From Candidatus Heimdallarchaeota archaeon (GTDB taxonomy: Archaea > Asgardarchaeota > Heimdallarchaeia > Heimdallarchaeales > Heimdallarchaeaceae): a DNA stretch of 24,000 nt. The position numbers and the translations under genes were made by a program. Shown one piece after another: positions 14,615 to 23,633 of the stretch. The stretch is taken from assembly GCA_019894795.1 (NCBI GenBank), contig JAGXNV010000001.1, positions 83,469-107,468 of the forward strand. The letters are read 5' to 3'. Below the pieces are notes generated by a model. It made no database searches. It saw only the letters and a list, made by a program, of their open reading frames with translations, and was not told the DNA's origin. Within the stretch, counting starts at the first letter, position 1. Every line of letters starts with the position of its first letter.

Positions 14615-15598
14615 ATGGTAAAACAGATTTACGAAACTCTGCATACAGAACAATCTTTGCTGGATATATCTCCAGAGTTAGAAAAAAAAGTTCACGAAAT
14701 GCTCACAGCTACTGAAAGAAAGGCTCCAAATTTCTGGGAGATAGATACAACTGAAAGCCTATATGTTCCGGTAGATGATGGAGAAATAAGAGTATACCAC
14801 TTTAAACCTAACAACCCAATTTCAAAACGCCCTTTAGTTTTTATTCCTGGATGGGGTGGCACTGAAATAGGATTTATGGATTTTTATGAAGTCATCCATG
14901 ATAAGATTGAATGCTATTATATCGAAACTCGTGAAAAGAGAAGTAGTAGATTGGATAGAAAAAGAGCCAAGATGGATATGAGTCAAAAAGCTAAAGATAT
15001 TCAAAATGTGATCAATCATCTTGAATTAAGCAAGAGAGATTTTGTTCTCTATGGAACTTGTTGGGGTGGAGCAATAATTTTGCAAGGTTTAATTGATGGA
15101 ACAATAGAAGCTCCAACGATCATTACTAATGATCCAATGCATACTCTATGGTTTCCGAAATGGTTTCTTAGATTTGTATCACCAATATTGCCTATTTTTG
15201 TAGTTGAACTTATTAGGTCTATAATTAAACGAGTGCAATTACGCGGTATGAAGGAAGAAGTTCAAAGAAGTAGAGCTGAAACTTTTGCAGATAATGCTGA
15301 AATTTGGAAATGGAAAAGAGCAGCTGACTCTGTAAAGGATTTTGAGCTCTTTGGTAAAGTTTCTACTATAACAAAGGAAGTTTTTGTGACTAATGGTACT
15401 AAAGATAAAATCCATAATCAAACAGATTACCCACAAATCGCTGCTGAACTCCCCAATGGAAGATTCATCTACTTGAAGACAGATGAATCAAGAAGAGAGA
15501 GATTAATGGGGTTAGTAACATTGGAATTTAGTAAAATCACTAAAAAGGATGGAATTCCCACTTCTTTAAGAGATTTTGAGAAAAAGATTCATCGCTAA
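14615..15598 (+). CDS. Alpha/beta-hydrolase-fold protein with a cysteine in the nucleophile elbow (GTCWGG)
   Basis: 327 aa. The oxyanion-region-like FIPGWGG, the nucleophile elbow LYGTCWGGA (GxCxGG) and a late GTKDKI acid-like motif are present. An in-frame TAG immediately precedes the ATG. Confidence 0.7.
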   Translation: MVKQIYETLHTEQSLLDISPELEKKVHEMLTATERKAPNFWEIDTTESLYVPVDDGEIRVYHFKPNNPISKRPLVFIPGWGGTEIGFMDFYEVIHDKIECYYIETREKRSSRLDRKRAKMDMSQKAKDIQNVINHLELSKRDFVLYGTCWGGAIILQGLIDGTIEAPTIITNDPMHTLWFPKWFLRFVSPILPIFVVELIRSIIKRVQLRGMKEEVQRSRAETFADNAEIWKWKRAADSVKDFELFGKVSTITKEVFVTNGTKDKIHNQTDYPQIAAELPNGRFIYLKTDESRRERLMGLVTLEFSKITKKDGIPTSLRDFEKKIHR

Positions 15599-15713
15599 GA
15601 CTGGAGAGTCAGTTAAAAGTTGAATTTTCTCCCGTTTTAAGTGAAGCTTTAAAATAAACTAGTATTGTGTAAGATAAAATTCTCCTTTGAGAGAGTCATT
15701 TAAGGTGAAATAT

Positions 15714-17177
15714 ATGTCAAATAAAGAAGTCATTTTAGACGAAAAAGATATTAGAGAAACTGGATTAGAATCAAAGAGGTCAAGTAGAAAAAATTCTTGG
15801 TTGTGGTACAGTTATGATATGGCGGATACCTTCTTTTCACAATCTGTAATAAGTTTAGCATTCACTCCATTTGTTCTATTAATGGGTGTTTCAATGGGTT
15901 GGTCATATCCACTAGTATTTATTGTAATGTCAATTTTTATGGCCGGTTCAAATCTATTAATTGCCTTATTGGGACCAATCATGGGAGCTATCTCTGATAA
16001 AGCAGGGAAAAGAAAACCTGCAGTGCTTATCTCAGCTGGTATAATGGTAACAACCACAGCTTTAATCACAGTTTGGGTGAACTTTTGGTGGGCATGTTTT
16101 TTGTTTGTATTAGCAAACTTCTGTTATCAGGCAGGTCGAATGTTTTATGACGCTCAAATTCCATTCATTGCTGAAACAGAAACAAGAGGTTTTATGCAAG
16201 CTGTCGGTGGAGCAATCGCAGCATTTGGCTCAGTAATTGCAATAGCTGTCACTATTATCATAGGTCTTCCTGGTTTATTTGGACCTCATACTGAAGTGAA
16301 TACAGGAATCTGGCAAGTAGGTGATACAACCATTGACCCAAGCAGTATAAACTATGGTGGATTAAGATACTTATTTGTTATATCATCTGTCATAATAATT
16401 TTGATTAGTATTCCTTACCTCTTCCATAAAGAGGTAGAAAATCCACCTGAGGAAAAATTGTCAGCAGGAGATTATGTTAAATCATCATTAGTTTCCTTCA
16501 AAACTTCACTTAAAGAAATTATTTCTGACAAAAATTCTTGGTTGTTCTTCTTAGCTTGGTTCTTTATCACGGATGCAGCCAATACAACGATTCTTTACAT
16601 GGTACCTGTGGTTTCAACTGTAGGCGGACCCAAACTTGAAGGAATGACAAATTTTGTGATTTTAGGAGGAATACTTTTCTCCATTGTCTTTGGTATTATT
16701 GTTGGAAGACTTATGAATAGACTAGGACCTAAAAACCTATTTCTTGGTGTTGCTGGTTCTTGGTTTATTGCACTGGTTATCTTCATCCTAACTGGATTAC
16801 AGATAGGTTCAGTAACAATTCCTGTCTGGTTAATATGGTTTGGTGCGATATTCATAGGTATAGGTTTTGGTGGAATTTGGATAGTAGGTAGACAATTTAT
16901 CATGGTTCTAGCTCCTCCTTCAAAGTTGGCACAATATGGTGGATTTCAAAAAATTGCAGGAAGAGTAAGTGCAATAGTATCGCCACTATTGTTTGGATTA
17001 ATGATATATGTATCTCAATCATTGGGGTTAGCTAATGCGATGCGTGTAGCTCTAGGAAGTTTGCTCCTCCTCTTTACAGCAGGAATCATTTGTACTCTCT
17101 TTATCGTAGATCCTCATAAAAGATATATGCAAGGAGAAAGAGCTCCTTACAAAGGCATCTATGATGAAACAAAATAG
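15714..17177 (+). CDS. MFS transporter, UMF1/Atg22-like family
   Basis: A polytopic protein with about 12 hydrophobic segments. The N-terminal WLWYSYDMADTFFSQSV resembles the YDWANSAF motif of UMF1/Atg22-type MFS proteins. I trimmed the start to the ATG at 15714, which is preceded by a GGTGA Shine-Dalgarno-like site 6 nt upstream. Confidence 0.8.
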   Translation: MSNKEVILDEKDIRETGLESKRSSRKNSWLWYSYDMADTFFSQSVISLAFTPFVLLMGVSMGWSYPLVFIVMSIFMAGSNLLIALLGPIMGAISDKAGKRKPAVLISAGIMVTTTALITVWVNFWWACFLFVLANFCYQAGRMFYDAQIPFIAETETRGFMQAVGGAIAAFGSVIAIAVTIIIGLPGLFGPHTEVNTGIWQVGDTTIDPSSINYGGLRYLFVISSVIIILISIPYLFHKEVENPPEEKLSAGDYVKSSLVSFKTSLKEIISDKNSWLFFLAWFFITDAANTTILYMVPVVSTVGGPKLEGMTNFVILGGILFSIVFGIIVGRLMNRLGPKNLFLGVAGSWFIALVIFILTGLQIGSVTIPVWLIWFGAIFIGIGFGGIWIVGRQFIMVLAPPSKLAQYGGFQKIAGRVSAIVSPLLFGLMIYVSQSLGLANAMRVALGSLLLLFTAGIICTLFIVDPHKRYMQGERAPYKGIYDETK

Positions 17178-17186
17178 AAAATCAGA

Positions 17187-17216
17187 AGTGGGAAATTCTT
17201 TCCACTCACTTTTTTC
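17187..17216. terminator. Hairpin plus T-run between the convergent MFS and nucleotidyltransferase genes
   Basis: AGTGGGAA-attc-TTTCCACT forms 8 bp including one G:U pair. It is followed by CAC-TTTTTT-CC-TTTTT on the plus strand, and a T-run also follows on the minus strand. Confidence 0.45.
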
Positions 17217-17225
17217 CTTTTTATT

Positions 17226-18074
17226 CTAATATATTTTTTTAGGAAATTGGTTTTCTCTAAGAGTTTTTTTATGAAGATTGCTAACAACTTTGAAACTTTT
17301 TAGTATAAATCGTAAGGATCGCCTGTAACATTTTCTTAAATCAAGAAGATTCTCTAAAAGAGGATTATCGTAGCCCTTTTGAAGAAAAAATTGAACGGTT
17401 TTTGTTGTGGTAGCTGGCTCTAAAGTATAACTGAAATAACATGTTTGTAAACTCCATTTAACAGCTTCCATGGCATATTTTGTTGCATGTGGATGAAAAA
17501 TGTATGTTAAAAGAGCTGCTGTACAAAGAGCAAGATTCATCACCTTGCTTTTTTTAATTTGACTTCTTCGAACTTCAGCCAAGCTAGCTTTCTCTAGTAG
17601 ATTCTCTCCCCATAATGTCGTAGCTGACTTTACAACACTAGCCCAAACAACATCAGTTGGAGCAAATAATTTACATAGAAGTAAATTTACATTAAATACT
17701 TTTGAGAATTTAGCCGCATGAAATTCTTTTCTATAGCAGACAAAGTGTGAAACATACATCCCTGTCATATCTTCTGCACGTTTGTAAACAGTATCAACTA
17801 TAGAACCATTCTTTTTTCTAAAAGTGTGTTTATATTCTAGCTTAGTTAACTCTCTACTGATATATGTCTTATCTTTCTTTGATGTTTTATCATTTATCAC
17901 AAAAATTATGTCTACGTCCGATAGATCTGGTTGGTATTCTCCTTTTGCCACACTACCAAAAATAATCAAACTTAGTAAGTCTATTTTATTTTTTATTATC
18001 AATCCAATAGATTCTCCAATATAATTTCTAGCTTTTGGAGCTAAGTTTTCAAGTAAGTCTATCCGGATTCCCAC
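17226..18074 (-). CDS. Nucleotidyltransferase-domain protein (minimal NTase / KNTase-like) with a roughly 180-aa helical C-terminal domain
   Basis: 282 aa. IIFGSVAKGEYQPDLSDVDIIFVI matches the GSx(n)G...SDxD pattern of pol-beta-superfamily NTases. The GTG start is supported by a GAGGA site 6 nt upstream. Confidence 0.75.
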   Translation of the reverse strand: MGIRIDLLENLAPKARNYIGESIGLIIKNKIDLLSLIIFGSVAKGEYQPDLSDVDIIFVINDKTSKKDKTYISRELTKLEYKHTFRKKNGSIVDTVYKRAEDMTGMYVSHFVCYRKEFHAAKFSKVFNVNLLLCKLFAPTDVVWASVVKSATTLWGENLLEKASLAEVRRSQIKKSKVMNLALCTAALLTYIFHPHATKYAMEAVKWSLQTCYFSYTLEPATTTKTVQFFLQKGYDNPLLENLLDLRKCYRRSLRFILKSFKVVSNLHKKTLRENQFPKKIY

Positions 18075-18125
18075 AGTTGCTCCTCTTTATAGTTCTTGCA
18101 ATATCTCAATTTCTCTGGAATAATT

Positions 18126-18503
18126 CTATATAACAATAAAGAGTAACGAAGTCAACATCAACAATATAGCAATAATTAACATTATCTCACTTGCCAATGT
18201 CCTCTTTTTAATGTCTGGTTTCAATTGTTGTTTACTTTCCCAGAATGTGTCTATATCCTTTCGATTTGTTAGCATGCCTTTTACTAAAGGTTCAATTTGT
18301 ATCCCTAAACTTAATAGCAGAAATATGATTGCTGTTGAAGCAATTATGGCATATGTGACAAAATCTATACTGTTTTCCCTTAGATTAATTGCACCTGCAA
18401 AGTCCAATGTAGTAAGAATAACCCAAAATAACAGAATAAATATAGATATTCTCAATCTTTCATTTGTGAGTCTTACTTCATTTTGCATAATGTCCGATAC
18501 CAT
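18126..18503 (-). CDS. Small hypothetical membrane protein with 3 hydrophobic segments
   Basis: 125 aa. The ATG lies 6 nt after the PGM/PMM stop and is preceded by a GTGAT Shine-Dalgarno-like site. The overlapping plus-strand ORF 18211..18591 is judged a shadow ORF. Confidence 0.55.
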   Translation of the reverse strand: MVSDIMQNEVRLTNERLRISIFILLFWVILTTLDFAGAINLRENSIDFVTYAIIASTAIIFLLLSLGIQIEPLVKGMLTNRKDIDTFWESKQQLKPDIKKRTLASEIMLIIAILLMLTSLLFIVI

Positions 18504-18509
18504 TGTTAA

Positions 18510-19940
18510 TCACTTTACTATAACTATATCTTCCAACTCTCTAACAATATGTTCTACCCATTTGAATCTTTCCATCGTTGGCGATTCATAATAGATTCTA
18601 ATCTTAGGTTCTGTTCCTGATTTTCTTATTAATATCCAAGTTCCATCACTTAAGTCATATCTGAGACCATCGATGGTTAGCTCTATCCCGTCTTGATCTT
18701 TCATTCTTTCTATGAGTTTTTCTTTACAATTATCAAATATTGTTAGTATATTTTCAACCTTAACCAAGTAGGCTTTTCTCTCAGCTATGTGAACTGGAAT
18801 GTCCTTCATAATATCATAAACAGTGGTCTTACGTTTTGTAATCACTTTCAATAATTTTGCTAATGCGAATAAACCATCTATCCAGAAACCCCATGAAGGA
18901 AATATAGGTTTCCATGGTTCTGCAGCAAAAGTGACTTTTTCTTTTCTCTCCATTAGCTCTTTTATTTTTCCATGAAGTTCACCTAAGTTTGTTCTGATCG
19001 TTGTTGCACCTAGCTTTTCAATGGTTTTATCTATAGTTGTTGAAGTATCAATGCTTACTATAACATTTCCTGGTCCTTCTTCTTCAATAGCAAATGTCGC
19101 AAAGAGTGCATTCAATCTTGAAAGTTCAACAAATTCTCCAGTCTCATCTATTATAGCAATTCTATCTCCATCACCATCAAATGCCGCACCCATTGTTTTC
19201 TTTTCTTTACATAATTCGAGCAATGTTCCTAGGTTAGCCGGGCTAGGTTCAGCTAATCTGCCTGGAAAATGCCCGTCAACATGTGAATTTATGGTTGTTA
19301 CTTGAAATCCAAGTTTGGAGAAAAGTTGAGGTGCTAAATTAGACATGGGTCCATTTGCACAATCTAGAATAATTCCCCTTCCATCACCTAGAAAGTCGAG
19401 TTCTTCAACAAGTCGTTTCATGTAAGTCTCATTAGCATCTGATATCTTGTGCTGTGCTTGAATTTTATCCCAACTTACATATTGAAATAAACTAACTTGA
19501 TCTGCTCTTGCTTCTATCTTTTGTTCAATTTTATTTTGTTCTTCCTGGATAAATTCTCTGCCATTTCTTAAGACTTTGATTCCATTATCTTGTGGAGGAT
19601 TATGCGATGCAGTAATATATATGGCAACACTGTGTTTCTCATCACGTGTTAAATTTGCAATTACGGGAAAAGTACATAATCCCACTGAATATACCTTTCC
19701 TCCAGCTAGTGAAATGGCAGAACATGCACTCTGACTTAAAGCTTCTGAAGAAGTTCGTGCATCATGGCCAACGATAATTCCTTCTCCCTTGCACAAATCC
19801 GCAATAATTTGACCTATATTAATTACAAGTTCCGCAGTTACCTTTGTACTGTAAGGCCCCCTAATGCCAGCTGTACCAAAAAGCTTTTGCCGTTCATTCA
19901 TTAATTTTAGGGTCCCCTCACGAAATATAACTGTTTTCAT
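18510..19940 (-). CDS. Phosphoglucomutase/phosphomannomutase family protein (alpha-D-phosphohexomutase, archaeal GlmM/PMM-PGM type)
   Basis: 476 aa. The active-site loop TASHNPPQDNGIK, the metal-binding FDGDGDR and the N-terminal LFGTAGIRG are present. The start may instead be M14. Confidence 0.9.
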   Translation of the reverse strand: MKTVIFREGTLKLMNERQKLFGTAGIRGPYSTKVTAELVINIGQIIADLCKGEGIIVGHDARTSSEALSQSACSAISLAGGKVYSVGLCTFPVIANLTRDEKHSVAIYITASHNPPQDNGIKVLRNGREFIQEEQNKIEQKIEARADQVSLFQYVSWDKIQAQHKISDANETYMKRLVEELDFLGDGRGIILDCANGPMSNLAPQLFSKLGFQVTTINSHVDGHFPGRLAEPSPANLGTLLELCKEKKTMGAAFDGDGDRIAIIDETGEFVELSRLNALFATFAIEEEGPGNVIVSIDTSTTIDKTIEKLGATTIRTNLGELHGKIKELMERKEKVTFAAEPWKPIFPSWGFWIDGLFALAKLLKVITKRKTTVYDIMKDIPVHIAERKAYLVKVENILTIFDNCKEKLIERMKDQDGIELTIDGLRYDLSDGTWILIRKSGTEPKIRIYYESPTMERFKWVEHIVRELEDIVIVK

Positions 19941-19982
19941 AAGCGAAATTTATCTATTAAATATTCAAAGAAGAAATCTTGT

Positions 19983-20618
19983 TCACATAAAGTCAGTTAG
20001 TGATTTTTGTTCACTTCTACTTGTTTTTCCTATTATTCTTTCACCATTGAATTGGTCATATAATTTGGATATTTCTTGAAAGTGAGCACTATATTCCTCT
20101 ATTTTGTTATAATTTCTCAGAATGTAGGCAGGATGAAATGTTGCAAAAATTGGATATCCTTCATCTAAAGTAAGAACCTTTCCTGCACTTTTAGTAACTT
20201 TTGCTGATGGAAAGAAAAATTTCAGTGATATCCCTCCAAGTGTAACAATTAGCTTTGGGGTTAACGAATTTAATTGCTTATACAACCATCTTTCTCCACA
20301 GAATTTTAACTCTGATTCATTAGGTGTCCGATTTCCCATATTTTCATCAGTTGGACGGCATTTTACAACATTAAGAATGCTGATTTGTTGTCGAGAAAAA
20401 TTAATACTCTCAAGCATCTTATCTAGTAGCTTTCCAGATCTACCAACAAAAGGAAATCCTTCTTTGTCTTCATTAAACCCAGGAGCCTCACCAATGATGC
20501 ACAAACTGTTTTTTGGTCCATAAATTCCTGGAACTACTTGAGTTCTATTATCTTTCAAGTGACAAGCTTCACATTGTTTTATTTCAATGGTTAGCTCTGC
20601 AAGTTTTTCATCCATCAT
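19983..20618 (-). CDS. udg: Uracil-DNA glycosylase, family 4 (Fe-S type)
   Basis: 211 aa. The CEAC Cys cluster, GEAPGFNEDKEGFPFVGRSGKLL and HPAYILRN are family-4 UDG motifs. Confidence 0.9.
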   Translation of the reverse strand: MMDEKLAELTIEIKQCEACHLKDNRTQVVPGIYGPKNSLCIIGEAPGFNEDKEGFPFVGRSGKLLDKMLESINFSRQQISILNVVKCRPTDENMGNRTPNESELKFCGERWLYKQLNSLTPKLIVTLGGISLKFFFPSAKVTKSAGKVLTLDEGYPIFATFHPAYILRNYNKIEEYSAHFQEISKLYDQFNGERIIGKTSRSEQKSLTDFM

Positions 20619-20679
20619 GTGTTGCCTTCTTTAATACATCAAAAAAATAGTATTTATTAAGCTATTCCCGATTGATGCT

Positions 20680-22020
20680 TTGATAAGAGTGAAAGAAACA
20701 ATAATTGAAGCAGATTACTTAATTACATGTAATCCAAAAAATTCTGTTATAAAGAATGCTGCGATTTTAATTATAGGAGACGAAATAAAAGCTTTAGGGA
20801 GTAAAAAGGAAATTCATAAAGATTATTCAGCTTCTACAGTTATCTCTGGTGAGAACAAAATTCTCATGCCTGGTTTGGTGAATACCCATTCTCATAGTGT
20901 TCAAACTTTACTGAGAGGAAAAGCAGATGATTTAGCCCTTCTTGATTGGTTAAAAGAAGTTGTAATTCCTGGTGAATCAAACTTTACTGCAGATGATGTT
21001 CATACTTCCTCTTTACTTGGTTTTGCTGAAATGATACGTACAGGAACAACAACCGCTAACGATATGTTATCAACAAATAACGCAGAATCAGGAATTCAAA
21101 GTGCGATCGAAAGTGGAATTAGGACTAGAATTGGAAAGATGTTGATGGATGTAAATCCAAATTCTCCTACAGAACGCCTAGATGATACGGATGAAATAAT
21201 TAAAACAATAAATCACCAAATTAAAAAATATCATTATACACAGAATCAACGAATTAAATATACCTTAAACGCAAGATTTTTACTTTCGTGTTCTCCGGAA
21301 CTGATGAAAGGTATTGTTGAAACACAAGAACAATATGATGATTTAATGATACACACTCACGCTTCAGAATCACAAGCTGAATGCAAAGCAGTAGAGAATT
21401 ATTACAAAACTTCTTACATCAGAGCACTCCGAGATATTGGTGCTTTGGGTTCAGAAACCATTATAGCTCATGGAATCTGGTTAGATGAGGAAGAATACAA
21501 TATACTGAAAAAGACAGATACTAGGCTGACTCATAATCCATCAAGCAATAGTAAACTAGCTTCAGGAATCTGTGATGTTAAGAAATACTTAGAATTGGGA
21601 ATTATTGTAGGTTTAGCTACAGATGGCGCTCCGTGCAATAATAATCTTGATATGTTTAGAGAAATGCGACTGGCAACATTTCTCCAAAAAGTAAAACATT
21701 TGAATGAAAAGATTCTCCCTGCTCAACAAGTTTTGAGGATGGCAACAATTGAAGGAGCTAGAGCAATAAACTGGGACAAAGAAATAGGTTCAATTGAAGA
21801 AGGAAAAAAAGCTGATGTAATTCAAATTGATATCAGTGATATAGATGCTCTACCAATTTACGATCCAGTATCCCATGTCGTATATTCTGCTTCTGGGAAA
21901 GATGTAAGTATGACCATGATAGATGGATCAATAGTTTATCAAGATAAGGAATTCAAAAACTTTAACTTAAATGATTTAAGGAATAAAGTTTCCCAATACA
22001 AAGAAAAGTGGTCTCATTAA
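20680..22020 (+). CDS. mtaD: Amidohydrolase of the 5'-methylthioadenosine / S-adenosylhomocysteine / 5'-deoxyadenosine deaminase type (MtaD/DadD-like)
   Basis: 446 aa. LMPGLVNTHSHSVQTLLRGKADDLALLDWL (HxH metal motif plus the family-typical LLRG...L..WL), and later HASE and a TDG...N region, are present. The start is TTG 20680 or GTG 20689. Confidence 0.8.
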   Translation: MIRVKETIIEADYLITCNPKNSVIKNAAILIIGDEIKALGSKKEIHKDYSASTVISGENKILMPGLVNTHSHSVQTLLRGKADDLALLDWLKEVVIPGESNFTADDVHTSSLLGFAEMIRTGTTTANDMLSTNNAESGIQSAIESGIRTRIGKMLMDVNPNSPTERLDDTDEIIKTINHQIKKYHYTQNQRIKYTLNARFLLSCSPELMKGIVETQEQYDDLMIHTHASESQAECKAVENYYKTSYIRALRDIGALGSETIIAHGIWLDEEEYNILKKTDTRLTHNPSSNSKLASGICDVKKYLELGIIVGLATDGAPCNNNLDMFREMRLATFLQKVKHLNEKILPAQQVLRMATIEGARAINWDKEIGSIEEGKKADVIQIDISDIDALPIYDPVSHVVYSASGKDVSMTMIDGSIVYQDKEFKNFNLNDLRNKVSQYKEKWSH

Positions 22021-22021
22021 A

Positions 22022-23086
22022 ATGAAAGAATTTTACATTTCTACACCAGGAAGAATATGTCTTTTTGGTGAGGATGTAGATTATATGGGCTTAGAAGTTA
22101 TCACATTAGCTATTAATAATAGAATAGAGCTATCAGGTAGAATAAAGGATGACAATTATATTTATCTTAAATTATCAGATCTTGACACTGAAATACTGTT
22201 TGAAAACACAAAACAGTTGATTACAACAAAAAACGATTATATTTTTTCAGCATTCAACATGTATCAGGAAAAATTTCCCGAATCTTTTGGAGCAGAAATT
22301 CAAGTAAAATCAAATCTATCAATTGGAAAAGGTCTTTCTTCTTCATCCGCATTTTGTGCAGCCTTAGTAGCTTTCTTTGATAAAGCTTCAGGGCTGAATT
22401 CTTCAGATAAAGAACTAGCAAAGAAAGCATATATTGCGGAAGTAATCAATTTAAACCAAGCAGGAGGCATGATGGATCATTTTGCAAGCGTATTAGGGAA
22501 TATTATTTACCTCGAGTGTAGAGATGACTATAATTTCGAAAGGTTGAACGCTAAACTAGATGGGTTGATTATTGGAGATACCTTAAAACAGAAAGAAACT
22601 ATTCAAACTTTGATAATTAGAAAGGCGGAAATTAACCAAGGAATAAAATGGATGGTTGAAAAAGATCAACATTTTAATCTAATAGATTACCCAATAAGTA
22701 AGGTGAAAAAAGAATATCTAGAAAATAAGAACATAGGTCTAAAGAGGTTAATTGGAATCTTAGGAATTAGAGATATAGTGCGAAAGGGGCACATTCTTCT
22801 AAAAAAGGAGAGTGAAAACACAAAACAGATTGCTGTATTAATAAATCAACATCATAGTATTCAACAACAGTATTTTGAAAATGTCACACCAAAGATGCAA
22901 GAGTTAATTGCTCACGCTTGTGAAGCAGGGGCCCTTGGATGCAAACTAATGGGAAGTGGAAATGGAGGTTCATTCTTAGCTTATGCCCCTGGAAGAGAAA
23001 AAGAGGTAATGAAGGCTATAGATAAGGGGGGAGGAAAAGCCTATCGTGTGTACCAAGGTCAAGGGCTAAAAAGTTCTATCACATAA
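22022..23086 (+). CDS. GHMP-family sugar kinase, galactokinase-like but with a variant sugar-binding signature
   Basis: 354 aa. The evidence is:
- TPGRICLFGEDVDYMGLEV, compared with the GalK signature PGRVNLIGEHTDY.
- The GHMP motif II GKGLSSSSAF.
- The GalK-like AGGMMDHFAS, compared with GIMDQF.
- The motif III GSGNGGSFLAYAP.
The ATG starts 1 nt after the deaminase stop. Confidence 0.8.
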   Translation: MKEFYISTPGRICLFGEDVDYMGLEVITLAINNRIELSGRIKDDNYIYLKLSDLDTEILFENTKQLITTKNDYIFSAFNMYQEKFPESFGAEIQVKSNLSIGKGLSSSSAFCAALVAFFDKASGLNSSDKELAKKAYIAEVINLNQAGGMMDHFASVLGNIIYLECRDDYNFERLNAKLDGLIIGDTLKQKETIQTLIIRKAEINQGIKWMVEKDQHFNLIDYPISKVKKEYLENKNIGLKRLIGILGIRDIVRKGHILLKKESENTKQIAVLINQHHSIQQQYFENVTPKMQELIAHACEAGALGCKLMGSGNGGSFLAYAPGREKEVMKAIDKGGGKAYRVYQGQGLKSSIT

Positions 23087-23158
23087 GCCATAGAAAAGGT
23101 AGGCAAAAGACTGAAAAAGAACAGCGCAAATTTTAACGAAAAGAAAGAGTTGGATAAA

Positions 23159-23563
23159 ATGACTGAAGATTGTCTTTTCTGTAAAATCATTAGTAAGGAA
23201 ATACCAAGTTATATTTTATATGAAGATGATGAAATATTAGTTTTTCTTGATATAAATCCAATAACAAAAGGTCATGCTCTGTTCATTCCTAAAAAGCACA
23301 TTGCAAATCTATGTGAACTAAAAGAGGAAGAAATAGGCTTCATGAAGAAATTGCCTGCGATTGCTAGAAAATTGAAAGAAGTCACAGGTGCAACAGGGAT
23401 GAATCTGATACAGAACAATGGAAAAGATGCTGGTCAAGTAATCTTTCACATACACTTTCACCTAATGCCAAGACATCCTAATGATGGTTTAACAATGCTA
23501 CCACCGAGAACAGCATTGGATAAAGTGGGTGCGGAAGATTTGATAAACAAATTTGCTCAATAG
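23159..23563 (+). CDS. HIT-family (Hint-like histidine triad) nucleotide hydrolase/transferase
   Basis: The N-terminal CLFCKI and the histidine triad HIHFHLMP are present. I trimmed the start from the track's TTG (23150) to the ATG at 23159. Confidence 0.9.
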   Translation: MTEDCLFCKIISKEIPSYILYEDDEILVFLDINPITKGHALFIPKKHIANLCELKEEEIGFMKKLPAIARKLKEVTGATGMNLIQNNGKDAGQVIFHIHFHLMPRHPNDGLTMLPPRTALDKVGAEDLINKFAQ

Positions 23564-23633
23564 CGGAGTTATAGAAAAATGGAGGCGAAAACTTAATAAA
23601 ATTAAATAGTATGAACATGAAAAGGGGAAAAAG

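Noticed and set aside
848-20079. Many 60-126-aa ORFs in the supplied track lie antisense to, or nested within, longer genes. They are 848..1039, 1600..1782, 2461..2700, 4689..4919, 4901..5107, 5845..6033, 6307..6558, 7061..7384, 7986..8333, 8822..9025, 9264..9476, 9502..9705, 12503..12751, 14834..15019, 15239..15436, 15812..16069, 16595..16903, 17824..18024, 18211..18591, 19021..19305 and 19864..20079.
   Set aside because: Each one overlaps a longer ORF on the opposite strand that has clear family motifs. Their translations are low-complexity, Ser/Ile/Phe-rich shadow sequences with no recognisable motifs and no start signals.
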